From the NCBI GenBank assembly GCA_963803435.1, contig CAWDML010000009.1, positions 320,001 through 384,000 of the forward strand: a stretch of 64,000 nucleotides of DNA, read 5' to 3'. Below the pieces are notes generated by a model that worked only from the letters and a program-made list of their open reading frames with translations, did not search any database and was not told where the DNA came from. Made by a program: the position numbers and the translations under genes. The stretch comes from an uncultured delta proteobacterium. Lineage in GTDB: Bacteria; Myxococcota; Kuafuiibacteriia; Kuafuiibacteriales; Kuafuiibacteriaceae. The number at the start of each line of letters is the position of its first letter. The stretch's first letter is position 1. This document shows positions 12,942 through 22,654 of the stretch, in pieces.

Positions 12942-13954
12942 GGGAACCTCCGGAGGCGGGTCGAGCGCACCACCAGCTCGACCGCCAGCAGGATCAGCCC
13001 GAGCAGCACGAACCAGGGGAACAGCTCGTCGCGCGGGGTGCTGTAGACCGTGTTGTCGAGGCGCGCCTTGTCGAGAGTGTCGAGGACGTCGGTGAGCCGC
13101 TCGTCGAGCTCCTGTCCGTCCTTGGCGGTGTAGGCCTGGCCGCCGCTGATCCTCGCGATCTCCTCCAGGAGCGCCGGGTTCGTCGGCACCACCCGGTCGC
13201 GGTAGACCAGGCGACCGAACAGATCCTTGCCGGCGGGGAAGGGCACCGGCCCGCCCCGACCGATCAGGATGGTGTACACGCGGACGCCGAGCTCCTTGGC
13301 GAACTCGGCCGCCTTCTTCGGCGAGATCTCGCCCGAGTTGTTGTCGCCGTCGGTGAGCAGCACCACCACGCGGCTGGTGGCGTCGCTGTGCCGCAGCCGG
13401 TTGAGCGCGGTGCCGATGGCGCTGCCGATGGCGGTGCCGTCGGGGAGCATGCCGACGTCGAGCTCCTCGAGCAGCTCCACCAGCAGCGAGTAGTCGAGCG
13501 TGAGCGGCGCCCAGGTGGAGGCCTCGCCCGCGAACACCACCAGGCCGATCCGATCGTTGGTCCGCTTGTTGATGAACTGCTCGATGGACTGCTTGGCCAC
13601 GAACATGCGGTCCCGCGGCTGGAAGTCGGCGGCCTGCATCGAGCAGGAGGTGTCGATGGCCAGGATGATGTCGATGCCCTCGGTGTCGTCGGCCGTGGGC
13701 GAGCCCAGGACCTGAGGCCGGGCCAGCGCCAGCACGATCATCGAGAGCGCCAGGAGGCGCAGGGCGTCGGGGAGCCAGACGATCCGCACCCAGACGGTGC
13801 GCGGCAGCCCGTCCACCAGCGACGAGGAGGAGAACAGCATCGCCGGCTCGCGCCCGCTCCTCCGCCGCCAGACCAGGTAGCCGAGGATGGCCGCGATGGG
13901 GACGAAGCCGAGCAGGTACCAAGGCGACGCGAAGGCGATCCGATCGAGGCTCAC
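12938..13954 (-). CDS. batA: BatA-like vWA membrane protein
   Basis: ALARPQ, DTSCSM, GTAIG, LLTDGDNN. Confidence 0.88.
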   Translation of the reverse strand: MSLDRIAFASPWYLLGFVPIAAILGYLVWRRRSGREPAMLFSSSSLVDGLPRTVWVRIVWLPDALRLLALSMIVLALARPQVLGSPTADDTEGIDIILAIDTSCSMQAADFQPRDRMFVAKQSIEQFINKRTNDRIGLVVFAGEASTWAPLTLDYSLLVELLEELDVGMLPDGTAIGSAIGTALNRLRHSDATSRVVVLLTDGDNNSGEISPKKAAEFAKELGVRVYTILIGRGGPVPFPAGKDLFGRLVYRDRVVPTNPALLEEIARISGGQAYTAKDGQELDERLTDVLDTLDKARLDNTVYSTPRDELFPWFVLLGLILLAVELVVRSTRLRRFP

Positions 13955-14868
13955 GGCGTGGCCTCCTTCGGGCGCGTCGCCTCCACGATCGCGCGGGCCT
14001 GGTCGAAGGCCTCCACGGCCTCGTCGCGCGTGGGCCGGTACTTGGCGAACTTCACCAGATCGGCCCGGGCCAGCAGATCGCGGAGGCCGTCGACCCGCCG
14101 CTCCCCGAGCGCGTCCATCAGCTCGTCCACCGTCAGGTCCAGCGAGTCGAAGCCGTAGCGCCCGCCGGTGTACTCGCGGAGGATCTCCGAGAGCTCGGTG
14201 AAGAACTCCTTGAGCGCGCCGTCGCGCGGGTGGCCGGCGGCCGCCAGGGCGTCGAGCCGCTCGAAGGCCACCTCGTGCGCCGGACGCGGTGGCGGCGGGG
14301 GCGGCGCGGGCACCGGCCGATCGCGCCGCGCCTTCAGCACCTTGAGGATCACGTAGGCGGCGATCGCCACGAAGAGGACCGCGCCGCCCGCCCACAGGAT
14401 CGTGTAGTCGGGCCCGGTGATGGCCTGGGGCGCCGGATCCTGGGCGGCCAGCTTCTCCAGCTCCGGGATCGCCTGCGTGAGGGTGGAGGCGGCGACCTTC
14501 TGCTCGTCCCCCGAGAAGCCCGACGCCACCGACACCGCCAGCTCGGGCGTCTTCGCGGTGGTGGAGCCCAGCGCCAGCGGGATGGCCGGGACGGTGAGAT
14601 CGCCCGGGTCGAACGCGATCAGCTCCAGCCGGTAGTGATCGATCTCGTCGCCGCCCACCTGCGTGCGCTCGTGGAGCCGCGCCCCGGTGCGCTCGCCGAT
14701 GCTCTTGCCCAGCTCGATCGCCTGAGGGAGCAGCGCGATGCGACCCGGCGCGTGGCGGGCCTCGATGGAGAGCCAGAAGGGCTCGCCCACGCCCACCGTC
14801 ACCGAAGCGTCGCCCGGGAGCACCAGCTCGGCCGCGATCGACAGCGAGGTGCTGGAGGTGACGGTCAT
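13951..14868 (-). CDS. Conserved bat-operon membrane protein
   Basis: One TM segment; ILREY...ADLVKFAK motif. Confidence 0.75.
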   Translation of the reverse strand: MTVTSSTSLSIAAELVLPGDASVTVGVGEPFWLSIEARHAPGRIALLPQAIELGKSIGERTGARLHERTQVGGDEIDHYRLELIAFDPGDLTVPAIPLALGSTTAKTPELAVSVASGFSGDEQKVAASTLTQAIPELEKLAAQDPAPQAITGPDYTILWAGGAVLFVAIAAYVILKVLKARRDRPVPAPPPPPPRPAHEVAFERLDALAAAGHPRDGALKEFFTELSEILREYTGGRYGFDSLDLTVDELMDALGERRVDGLRDLLARADLVKFAKYRPTRDEAVEAFDQARAIVEATRPKEATP

Positions 14869-15785
14869 CGGCCCGCCCTCAGCCGCGTGGAGCGGGCCCG
14901 GAAGAACTCCACCAGCGGCGTCACGAAGTCGCCGTCGGTGGACAGGTCCACCAGATCGAGGCCGAGCTGGTGGAAGCGCTTCTTGGTCTCGTCGCGCTCG
15001 CGCTTCCGCCTCTGCTGGTAGGACGCGCGGACCCGCGGGCTCGACGAGTCGATCAGCTCCACCTTGCCGGTCTCGGCGTCGACCAGCTCGACCAGCCCCA
15101 GGTCCGGGAGCTGCTGCTCGGCGGGGTCGGCGACGCGCACCGCCACCACGTCGTGCCGCGCCATCGCCACCTTGAGCGCAGGCTCGTAGCGGAGGCGGTG
15201 CTCGGCGTCGCCCGGCCGGCGCGGATCGATGAAGTCCGAGAGCACGAAGCAGACCGAGCGGCGCTTCTGCACCCGCGACAGATAGGCGAGCGCCTCGTTG
15301 ATCGAGGTGCCGGCCGCCTTGGGTTGCACCTCGAAGATCTCGCGGATCACGCGGAGCACGTGGCGGGTCCCCTTGCGCGGCGGCAGGTAGAGCTCGACGC
15401 CCTCGGTGAAGAGCAACAGCCCCACACGGTCGTTGTTCTTGATCGCGGAGAACGCGATGAGCGCGCCCACCTCGGCCAGCACGCTCCGCTTCTTCTTGCC
15501 GCGGGTGCCGAAGCCGCCCGAGGCCGACAGGTCGACCACCAAGGTCACCGTCAGCTCCCGCTCCTCGACGAACTGCTTGACGAAGATGCCCTGGGCGCGG
15601 GCGGAGACGTTCCAGTCGATGTGGCGGATGTCGTCGCCCGGCGTGTAGGGCCGAACCTCGGAGAACGACATGCCCTGGCCCTTGAAGACGGAGTGATAGC
15701 GACCGGCCAGCTCGGCGTTCACCGCCCGCTTGGTCGCGATCTCGATCCGGCGCACGGCCTTGAGGATTTCGCGTGCCGTATGCAT
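14865..15785 (-). CDS. DUF58 domain protein
   Basis: YHSVFKGQGMSFSEVRPY..GDDIRHIDWNV..EEREL. Confidence 0.93.
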   Translation of the reverse strand: MHTAREILKAVRRIEIATKRAVNAELAGRYHSVFKGQGMSFSEVRPYTPGDDIRHIDWNVSARAQGIFVKQFVEERELTVTLVVDLSASGGFGTRGKKKRSVLAEVGALIAFSAIKNNDRVGLLLFTEGVELYLPPRKGTRHVLRVIREIFEVQPKAAGTSINEALAYLSRVQKRRSVCFVLSDFIDPRRPGDAEHRLRYEPALKVAMARHDVVAVRVADPAEQQLPDLGLVELVDAETGKVELIDSSSPRVRASYQQRRKRERDETKKRFHQLGLDLVDLSTDGDFVTPLVEFFRARSTRLRAGR

Positions 15786-15792
15786 GGGCGCG

Positions 15793-16857
15793 TCACGGGA
15801 TCGGGACGGTGTCGAAGACCCGCTGGATGATGTCCTCCACGCTGACGTTCTCGGCCTCGGCCTCGTACGAGAGCTTGATCCGGTGCCGCAGGACGTCGGG
15901 GCCGATCGCCTTCACGTCGTCCGGGAAGACCGCGGGCCGCCGCTTGAGGAACGCGTGGGCCCGGGCCGCGTGGTCGAGCGAGAGCGAGGCGCGCGGCGAG
16001 CCGCCCATCTCGATCAGGTCCTCGAGATCCGCGAGGCCCGCCTTCTTGGGCTCGCGGGTGGCCCACACCAGATCGAGGATGTAGTCCTTCACCTTGTCGT
16101 CGGAGTGGATGTTCCGGACGATGGCGCGGGCCCGATCGATTTGCTCGGTGGTCACCACCGGCGCCAGCACGGGGGCCTCGCTCTTCCCCATGCGCTCGAG
16201 GATCAGCTTCTCCTCCTCGCGGGTGGGGTAGCCCACGCGGACGTGGAGCATGAAGCGGTCGGTCTGGGCCTCGGGGAGCGGATAGGTCCCCTCCTGCTCG
16301 ATCGGGTTCTGGGTGGCGAGGACCAAGAACGGCGAGGGCAAGGGATAGGTGGTGTCGCCGATGGTCACCTGCCGCTCCTGCATGGCCTCGAGGAGCGCCG
16401 ACTGGACCTTCGCAGGGGCGCGGTTGATCTCGTCGGCCAGGATCAGGTTGGCGAAGATCGGGCCCTTGCGGGGGCGGAACTCCTGGTTCTTCGGATCGAA
16501 GACCAGGGTCCCGATCAGATCGGCCGGCAGCAGGTCGGGCGTGAACTGGATGCGGGCGAACCGGGCGGCCACGGCGTCGGCCACCGAGCGCACGGCCAGG
16601 GTCTTGGCGAGGCCGGGCACACCCTCGAGCAGGATGTGCCCGCCGGTGAGCAGGCCGATGAGCATGCGGTCCACCATCCGGCGCTGGCCCACGATGACCT
16701 TGCCGATCTCGTTGGAGAGCTCGACGACGAAGGCGGATTCCTCCTGGATCACATCCATCATCCGGCGGATGTCCGGCGAGACGCCGGTGGCAGCGGTTTC
16801 CAGCGACAAAATTGACTCCTCCCGCGGGCTTTGGAACCGGACACCTATCACATCCAT
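15793..16857 (-). CDS. moxR: MoxR family AAA+ ATPase (start uncertain)
   Basis: LLEGVPGLAKT, RIQFTPDLLP, ATQNPIEQEGTYPLPEAQ. Confidence 0.95.
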   Translation of the reverse strand: MDVIGVRFQSPREESILSLETAATGVSPDIRRMMDVIQEESAFVVELSNEIGKVIVGQRRMVDRMLIGLLTGGHILLEGVPGLAKTLAVRSVADAVAARFARIQFTPDLLPADLIGTLVFDPKNQEFRPRKGPIFANLILADEINRAPAKVQSALLEAMQERQVTIGDTTYPLPSPFLVLATQNPIEQEGTYPLPEAQTDRFMLHVRVGYPTREEEKLILERMGKSEAPVLAPVVTTEQIDRARAIVRNIHSDDKVKDYILDLVWATREPKKAGLADLEDLIEMGGSPRASLSLDHAARAHAFLKRRPAVFPDDVKAIGPDVLRHRIKLSYEAEAENVSVEDIIQRVFDTVPIP

Positions 16858-16919
16858 TCCCGTTTCGCGCTCAAGGATCTTGACTTACCGGGAGGCCCTG
16901 AATACCTCGAACGCGGCGT

Positions 16920-17246
16920 ATGACCGATCTCAGCAAAGTCGACATCCGGACGGTCCACCGTCACATCAGCAAGGGCAAGCTGACCCAGGAGGAGTACGAC
17001 AAGTACCTGGCCTCCCTCTCGGATCTCGAAGGGTCCGCCGACTTCGTCGACTACGAGGCCAAGTTCCAGGTCGAGGCCGAGGAGGAGGCCCGGCGCGCCG
17101 CGCTGGAGGCCGCCGAGGCCGCCAAGAACCCGCCGCCCCGCCCGCCGCCGCTCCCCGCCACCGCCACCGCGCTCGCCCCGGATCGCGACTCGCTCGACGA
17201 CGACTTCGACGACGACGGCGACACCGACGGAGGCCCGAGCTTTTGA
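16920..17246 (+). CDS. Small hypothetical protein with acidic tail
   Basis: Good codon bias; TTGACT-N17-TACCTC upstream; coupled to next gene. Confidence 0.65.
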   Translation: MTDLSKVDIRTVHRHISKGKLTQEEYDKYLASLSDLEGSADFVDYEAKFQVEAEEEARRAALEAAEAAKNPPPRPPPLPATATALAPDRDSLDDDFDDDGDTDGGPSF

Positions 17247-17536
17247 GCGACGAGAAGGGCTCTCCCGAGGGTGATCACAAGATCGCCTTCACCGAGTTCG
17301 TCCTCTCCATCGCGACGCACGCGATCGTCCACCTCGGAGGGGACGATTCGCAGCCGGATCGGGTGGCGCCCGCCGTCGATCTCGCCCAGGCCGCCCAGTA
17401 CATCGACATCCTGCTGATGCTGAAGGACAAGACACGAGGGAATCTGGAGAAGCCGGAAGAGGTGCTGATCGACTCACTCTTGTACGACCTCCGGATGAAA
17501 TACCTGGAGGTCGCGGGACAAGGGCGCAGCCGCTGA
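17243..17536 (+). CDS. DUF1844 domain protein
   Basis: IDILLMLKDKTRGNL...LLYDLRMKY; TTG start. Confidence 0.85.
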   Translation: MSDEKGSPEGDHKIAFTEFVLSIATHAIVHLGGDDSQPDRVAPAVDLAQAAQYIDILLMLKDKTRGNLEKPEEVLIDSLLYDLRMKYLEVAGQGRSR

Positions 17537-18642
17537 AGAGCGTCATCATCATCGACGACAACGTCGAGTTCGCCTCGCTCCTCGGGACGCTGATCGCCGA
17601 GCAACGCCTCCGCCCATACCTCGCTCATACCGCCGAAGACGGCGCCCGACTGGTGGCCGAGCACGTCGATGCCGCCGCCGTGGTGCTCGATCTCTTGCTG
17701 CCGGATCTGACCGGACAAAAGCTCCTCCATCGTCTGCTCAAGGCGGGCCGCACGCTCCCGCCGGTGATCGTCGTGACCGCCGTGTTCAAGGGCGCCGGCC
17801 AGCAGGAGAAGCTCCGGGAGATGTGCCCGCTGGCCGGGTGGTACGAGAAGCCTTTCGACACGCGGCTGCTGGTGGAGCAGGTCGCCCGCCTGGCCGGCCG
17901 CGATCCGGTGGCGCGCAAGCCGCAGGCGCCGTTCGACACGGACTCCGAGGATCGGACCGTCTTCGACGCGCTCACCTTCAGCGCCCGCACGCCCACGCCC
18001 GATCAGGTGGCGACGCACCTCAAGACCGGCCTCCGCACCGGCGATCTGGCGCGCACCACCGTGCCGTCGCTGATCTCGGCGTTCTACGCCGCTCAGGAGA
18101 CCGGCGAGATCGCGCTTCAGCGGGGAGAGCGGCGCCGCCTGCTCCTGTTCTCGCGGGGCCGTCCCGTCCACGCGATGGCGAACGATCTGAAGACCTCGGC
18201 GTTCGAGATCGCAAAGCGAACGTTCGCCTGGGCCTCCGGGCGCTACGCCGTCGGCTTCCGCGCTCACGCCGTCCTGCCTTCGCGCGATGACCCCCATCCT
18301 GGGGGCCTCAAGACCGACGCCGACGCCGCCGCCGCGCCCGAGGGCGTGATCGATCCGGCGCGGCTGATCCTGGAGGGCGTGCGCGAGCTGTTCGAGGTCG
18401 ATCGTCTGCGCGCGCTGGTGCCGCCCAAGATGCGGCCGGTCCAGTCGCCCAGCGCGGCCTTCCCGCTGTACGAGCTGCCGCTGACGGACCTCGAGGCCAA
18501 GGTCCTGCTCCGCGCCACCGGCGATCGGAGCGTCGACACGATCCTGCGGGAGATGGGCGGTCGCGCCGAGCGGGTGACGCTGGCGGCGCTCTACTCGTTG
18601 TTGACGTTGGGCGTGCTGGTCGACGTGCGCGCGCTGCCCTGA
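17533..18642 (+). CDS. Response regulator (REC + DUF4388-like), probable CTG start
   Basis: IIIDD..VLDLLLP..TA..KPF receiver motifs begin upstream of the first ATG/GTG. Confidence 0.75.
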   Translation: MKSVIIIDDNVEFASLLGTLIAEQRLRPYLAHTAEDGARLVAEHVDAAAVVLDLLLPDLTGQKLLHRLLKAGRTLPPVIVVTAVFKGAGQQEKLREMCPLAGWYEKPFDTRLLVEQVARLAGRDPVARKPQAPFDTDSEDRTVFDALTFSARTPTPDQVATHLKTGLRTGDLARTTVPSLISAFYAAQETGEIALQRGERRRLLLFSRGRPVHAMANDLKTSAFEIAKRTFAWASGRYAVGFRAHAVLPSRDDPHPGGLKTDADAAAAPEGVIDPARLILEGVRELFEVDRLRALVPPKMRPVQSPSAAFPLYELPLTDLEAKVLLRATGDRSVDTILREMGGRAERVTLAALYSLLTLGVLVDVRALP

Positions 18643-19085
18643 CCGAGGGCCGCCGAGAGATCGGGCGCCGGGTGGAGCGAGTCGACCAGGTCGACCTTCC
18701 ACGCGGTGCCCTCCCGCACCATGCGGATGTCGGCGCTCTTGCCCCCGGCCACCGTCACCCGGAGCTTCGCCTCGTTGCCGAGCGGCGACACCACCACCAC
18801 GCTCTCGGGGGGGCTCATCACCACCAGGCCCAGGTCGCCGAACAGGATCTCCGAGGCCAGGTCGTCGTCCGCCTTGCTGCCTGCGGCCACCAGCTGCTGG
18901 TGCGCTTCGAGCAGCCGGTGCTTGCTGGACTCGGACAGCGCGGCCCACGCCGCGTCGGCCCTCCCATACTGAAGGTCCGCGAGGAACGCGTTGAGCGCCT
19001 CCTCCGGTTTGGGACGCCGGTCCGCACACGCGGCGGTGAACGCGCAAGTTAGGGCGACTACGGGGAGAAGGGAGACGGTCCGCAT
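18591..19085 (-). CDS. Putative lipoprotein
   Basis: Lipobox TAAC; WKVDL C-terminal motif. Confidence 0.6.
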   Translation of the reverse strand: MRTVSLLPVVALTCAFTAACADRRPKPEEALNAFLADLQYGRADAAWAALSESSKHRLLEAHQQLVAAGSKADDDLASEILFGDLGLVVMSPPESVVVVSPLGNEAKLRVTVAGGKSADIRMVREGTAWKVDLVDSLHPAPDLSAALGQGSARTSTSTPNVNNE

Positions 19086-19172
19086 CGGAATCCGCGTGCA
19101 CCTCACGCTACACGTTGACAGCCGGGCTGTGAATCTTTTCTATCGCGGCATGACCGCACGCGGTCAGAACTT

Positions 19173-19244
19173 TGGGGTGTCGCCAAGTGGTAAGGCTTCG
19201 GTCTTTGAAGCCGACAATCGCAGGTTCGAATCCTGCCACCCCAA
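19173..19244 (+). tRNA. tRNA-Gln (TTG)
   Basis: TGGGGTG/CACCCCA acceptor stem; TCGGT-CTTTGAA-GCCGA anticodon arm; GGTTCGAATCC T-arm; CCA not encoded; upstream of prs. Confidence 0.95.
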
Positions 19245-19256
19245 TCGAGCAAACCC

Positions 19257-20201
19257 GTGGTTGGCAACGTTCTGAAGATTTTCGCCGCTAACAGCAACCG
19301 CGTGCTCGCTGAGGACGTGGTGCGCAAGCTCGACGTGCCGATCGGACGCGCGAACGTCAACCGTTTCTCGGACGGCGAGATCAACGTGACGATCGGTGAG
19401 AACGTCCGGTCCTCAGACGTCTTCGTGATCCAATCGACGTGCGCGCCGGCCAACGAGAACCTGATGGAGCTCCTGATCATGCTGGACGCGCTCAAGCGCG
19501 CCTCGGCGGAGCACATCTGCGCGGTGATCCCGTACTACGGGTACGCGAGGCAGGATCGCAAGGTCGCGCCCCGGACGCCCATCAGCGCCAAGCTCGTGGC
19601 AGACTTGATCGCGACCGCGGGCGCCACCCGGGTCCTGTCGATCGACATGCACGCCGGGCAGATCCAGGGCTTCTTCAACATCCCCTTCGATCACCTCTAC
19701 GCCAAGCCGATCCTGCTCGATCACATGCGCGAGCACTTCGACCACAACGCGGTCATCGTCAGCCCGGACGCCGGCGGCGTCGAGCGGGCGCGCTCCTACG
19801 GCAAGCGCCTCAACTGCGCGATCGGCATGATCGACAAGCGGCGCCCGCAGCCCAACGAGGCCAAGGTCATGAATGTGATCGGCGAGGTCGAAGGCCGCGA
19901 CGTCGTGATCCTCGACGACATGATCGACACGGCCGGCACCCTCACCGCCGCCGCCAGCGCGCTCAAGGAGCGGGGCGCCAAGAAGATCTTCGCGTACGCC
20001 ACGCACCCCGTGTTCTCCGGGCCGGCGCTCGACCGCATCCAGGAGAGCGCGATCGATCGCGTCATCGTCACCAACACCATCCCGCTTTCACCCGCCGGCA
20101 AGGAGTCCACCAAGATCCAGCAGATCTCGATCGCCCCGCTGATCGCCGAGGCGATCCGCCGGATCCACCACGGCGACTCCGTGTCGAGCCTGTTCGTGTG
20201 A
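19257..20201 (+). CDS. prs: Ribose-phosphate pyrophosphokinase
   Basis: FSDGE, YYGYARQDRK, VSPDAGG, DDMIDTAGT. Confidence 0.98.
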   Translation: MVGNVLKIFAANSNRVLAEDVVRKLDVPIGRANVNRFSDGEINVTIGENVRSSDVFVIQSTCAPANENLMELLIMLDALKRASAEHICAVIPYYGYARQDRKVAPRTPISAKLVADLIATAGATRVLSIDMHAGQIQGFFNIPFDHLYAKPILLDHMREHFDHNAVIVSPDAGGVERARSYGKRLNCAIGMIDKRRPQPNEAKVMNVIGEVEGRDVVILDDMIDTAGTLTAAASALKERGAKKIFAYATHPVFSGPALDRIQESAIDRVIVTNTIPLSPAGKESTKIQQISIAPLIAEAIRRIHHGDSVSSLFV

Positions 20202-20833
20202 GCGCGCGCCGGATCGTCACCTTCTGCCTGCTCGCCTCGGCGCTCGCCTGTCGCGGCAAGACGGGCGAGCAGGGCAACCCGGGGCCGCAGGGCGATCCGG
20301 GTCCCACCGGACCGGCCGGCGCGACCGGACCGCAAGGCATCCCGGGACCCTCGGGGCGCGACGGCGCCGACGGCATCGAGGGCGGCACGCCCTTCCTCCT
20401 CACCAACCCCTTCTCGGCGCTGCTCCAGTACGGCGACGGCCCGGCGGTGGTGGAGATCGGCGAGCAGCAGGTGGTGGGTCCGGACGACGGCACGCTGATG
20501 GTGCGGGCGCATTTCTCGGGGACCGTCGCCAAGCGGGACGGCGCCACGCTCTGCCGCGTGCGCGTGGGCATCCGCCAGGATCAGATGGTGGCGCAGCTCG
20601 CCAGCCAGAGCCTCGGCATCACCGACGGCCCGGTGGCCGGCCGCCTCGAGGTCAGCGTCGCCGCCACCCTCGTCACCCAGGTCGCGGTGGCCGAGGGTCA
20701 GCCCGTCCTGCTCCGTCTCGAGATGCAGCGGCTCGACGAGACCTGCGCCGACGGCGCGGGCGCGACGCAGATCGCGCAGATCTTCGGGCAGCTCGACGTG
20801 CTCTTCTTCCGGGTGGGTCTGGTGGCCCAATAG
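20198..20833 (+). CDS. Lipoprotein with short collagen-like (Gly-X-Y) repeat
   Basis: ALAC lipobox then GEQGNPGPQGDPGPTGPAGATGPQGIPGPSGRDG. Confidence 0.75.
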   Translation: MSARRIVTFCLLASALACRGKTGEQGNPGPQGDPGPTGPAGATGPQGIPGPSGRDGADGIEGGTPFLLTNPFSALLQYGDGPAVVEIGEQQVVGPDDGTLMVRAHFSGTVAKRDGATLCRVRVGIRQDQMVAQLASQSLGITDGPVAGRLEVSVAATLVTQVAVAEGQPVLLRLEMQRLDETCADGAGATQIAQIFGQLDVLFFRVGLVAQ

Positions 20834-20933
20834 GCCTTGCTTTTGCGTTGACGACCTCGAAAGCGCGTGCTACCCGCCCTCCCTCGTCCTGCCGATAAGC
20901 GGGCAGAACGACACGAAGAAAGCGTCGAGCGCC

Positions 20934-21593
20934 ATGGAACAGCAGGTCATCGAAGTCGAGCAACGCGGCCCCGGGAAGAAGGGGGCCGTTCGGAAGCTGC
21001 GGGCCTCCGGCAAGATCCCCGGAATTCTCTACGGCCACAAGGAGGCTCCGGTCCCGTTCGCGGTGAACCCACACGAGCTGAGGAAGAAGATCCGCGCCTC
21101 CGGCATGGGCCGGAACACGCTGTTCCGGGTGACGGGGCTCAGCCGGGACGTGACGGCGCTGCTCAAGGCAACGCAGGTCGATCCGGTTCGGCGCGATCTG
21201 CTCCATATCGACATGATCGAGGTGCGCGAAGGCGACTCGCTGCACGTCGACGTGCCGCTGATCTTCTCCGGCAAGCCGGAGGGTGTGACGGCCGGCGGCG
21301 AGCTCCACATCGTGCGGCGCACGCTCGAGGTCGAGACCAATCCACTCGCGATTCCCCGCTCGATCGAGGTCGACCTGACCCCGATCCAGCTGGGCCAGGC
21401 GCTCCACGCGTCTGATCTCACCCTTCCGGAGGGCGTCGTGTGCGTGAACCTCACGGTCGCGCTCGCCACGGTCCGCGCGCCGCGGGCCGAGGTTCTTCCG
21501 GGCGAGGGCGAGGGTGCCGTGCCCGCCGAGGGCGAGGCAGGGGCCGTTCCCGCGGAGGGCGCCGCGCCCGCCGAAGGTGCGGGCAAAGACTGA
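20934..21593 (+). CDS. rplY: 50S ribosomal protein L25/Ctc
   Basis: RKLRASGKIPGILYG, HIDM; Ctc C-terminal domain. Confidence 0.95.
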   Translation: MEQQVIEVEQRGPGKKGAVRKLRASGKIPGILYGHKEAPVPFAVNPHELRKKIRASGMGRNTLFRVTGLSRDVTALLKATQVDPVRRDLLHIDMIEVREGDSLHVDVPLIFSGKPEGVTAGGELHIVRRTLEVETNPLAIPRSIEVDLTPIQLGQALHASDLTLPEGVVCVNLTVALATVRAPRAEVLPGEGEGAVPAEGEAGAVPAEGAAPAEGAGKD

Positions 21594-21599
21594 GTGTCC

Positions 21600-22186
21600 A
21601 TGTTTCTCGTCGTCGGCCTCGGCAATCCAGAGGACGAGTACGAGGGAACGCGGCACAACGTCGGGTTCGAGGCCGTCGAGGTGCTCGCAAGGCGCTGCGG
21701 CGTGCGGTTCTCTGACAAGAAGTTCAAGGCGCGCATGGCCCGCGCCGAGATTGCGGGCCAGAGCTGTGTCCTGCTGAAGCCGCAGACGTACATGAACTTG
21801 TCGGGCGAATCGGTGGGACCGGCGATGGGCTTCTTCAAGCTGGCGACCGGCGACGTGATCGTGCTCCACGACGAGCTCGACATTCCGCTCGGACGCGTGA
21901 AGCTGAAGAAGGGCGGGGGCCACGGCGGGCACAACGGCTTGAGGAGCCTGAAGCAGCACCTTCCGGACGATGGATTCGTCCGGGTGCGCATCGGGATCGG
22001 ACGGCCGCCGCCGGCATGGGATTCCGGCGGACTACGTGCTGTCGCGCTTCTCCAAGTCGGAGCGAGGAGAAGCGGAGCGCGCCGTGGACGAAGCCGCGGA
22101 TGCGGTGGAGTCGAATCCTCCGGGATGGGCTCGACAAGGCGATGAATGTTTACAACCGGACGAAAGAAGCGCCCGGTGAAGAGTAG
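21600..22186 (+). CDS. pth: Peptidyl-tRNA hydrolase (two apparent +1 insertions, ~22021 and ~22114)
   Basis: GLGNP, TRHNVGF, KPQTYMNLSG, GGHNGL; corrected end ...DKAMNVYNR. Confidence 0.95.
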
Positions 22187-22192
22187 GAAGTT

Positions 22193-22654
22193 ATGAGCGC
22201 TGCACTCGGAAAGCTCAGAGAATACGAAACGCTGGTCGTTCTGAACCCAGAGCTGGCCGACGACGCCGCCGGCCAGACGGTCGATCGGCTCAAGGAAGTC
22301 CTGGACAAGAAGAAGGCGACCCTCCTCCGCGAGGAGAAGTGGGGCAAGCGGAAGCTGAGCTTCGAGGTCCGCAAGCAGGCACGAGGCAACTACTTCCTGC
22401 TCCACTACGTCGCGCCCGTCGGCACCGTGGAAGAGGTCGAGCGCACCTGCCGCAACGTCGATCAGGTGATCCGCTTCCTGACCACGCTGAACGGCGACGT
22501 CACCGACATCGAGGCCAAGAAGGCCGAGGTCGAGAAGATGATGGCCAAGCGCGCCGCGGAGCGGAAAGAGGCGACCCCCGAGGTCACCGAGGAGCGCGCC
22601 AACGAGGACGACGAGCCGGCTGAGCCGGCGGTCGAGGAAGGTGATCAGCCATGA
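22193..22654 (+). CDS. rpsF: 30S ribosomal protein S6
   Basis: REYET..WGKRKLSFEV..GNY. Confidence 0.95.
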   Translation: MSAALGKLREYETLVVLNPELADDAAGQTVDRLKEVLDKKKATLLREEKWGKRKLSFEVRKQARGNYFLLHYVAPVGTVEEVERTCRNVDQVIRFLTTLNGDVTDIEAKKAEVEKMMAKRAAERKEATPEVTEERANEDDEPAEPAVEEGDQP

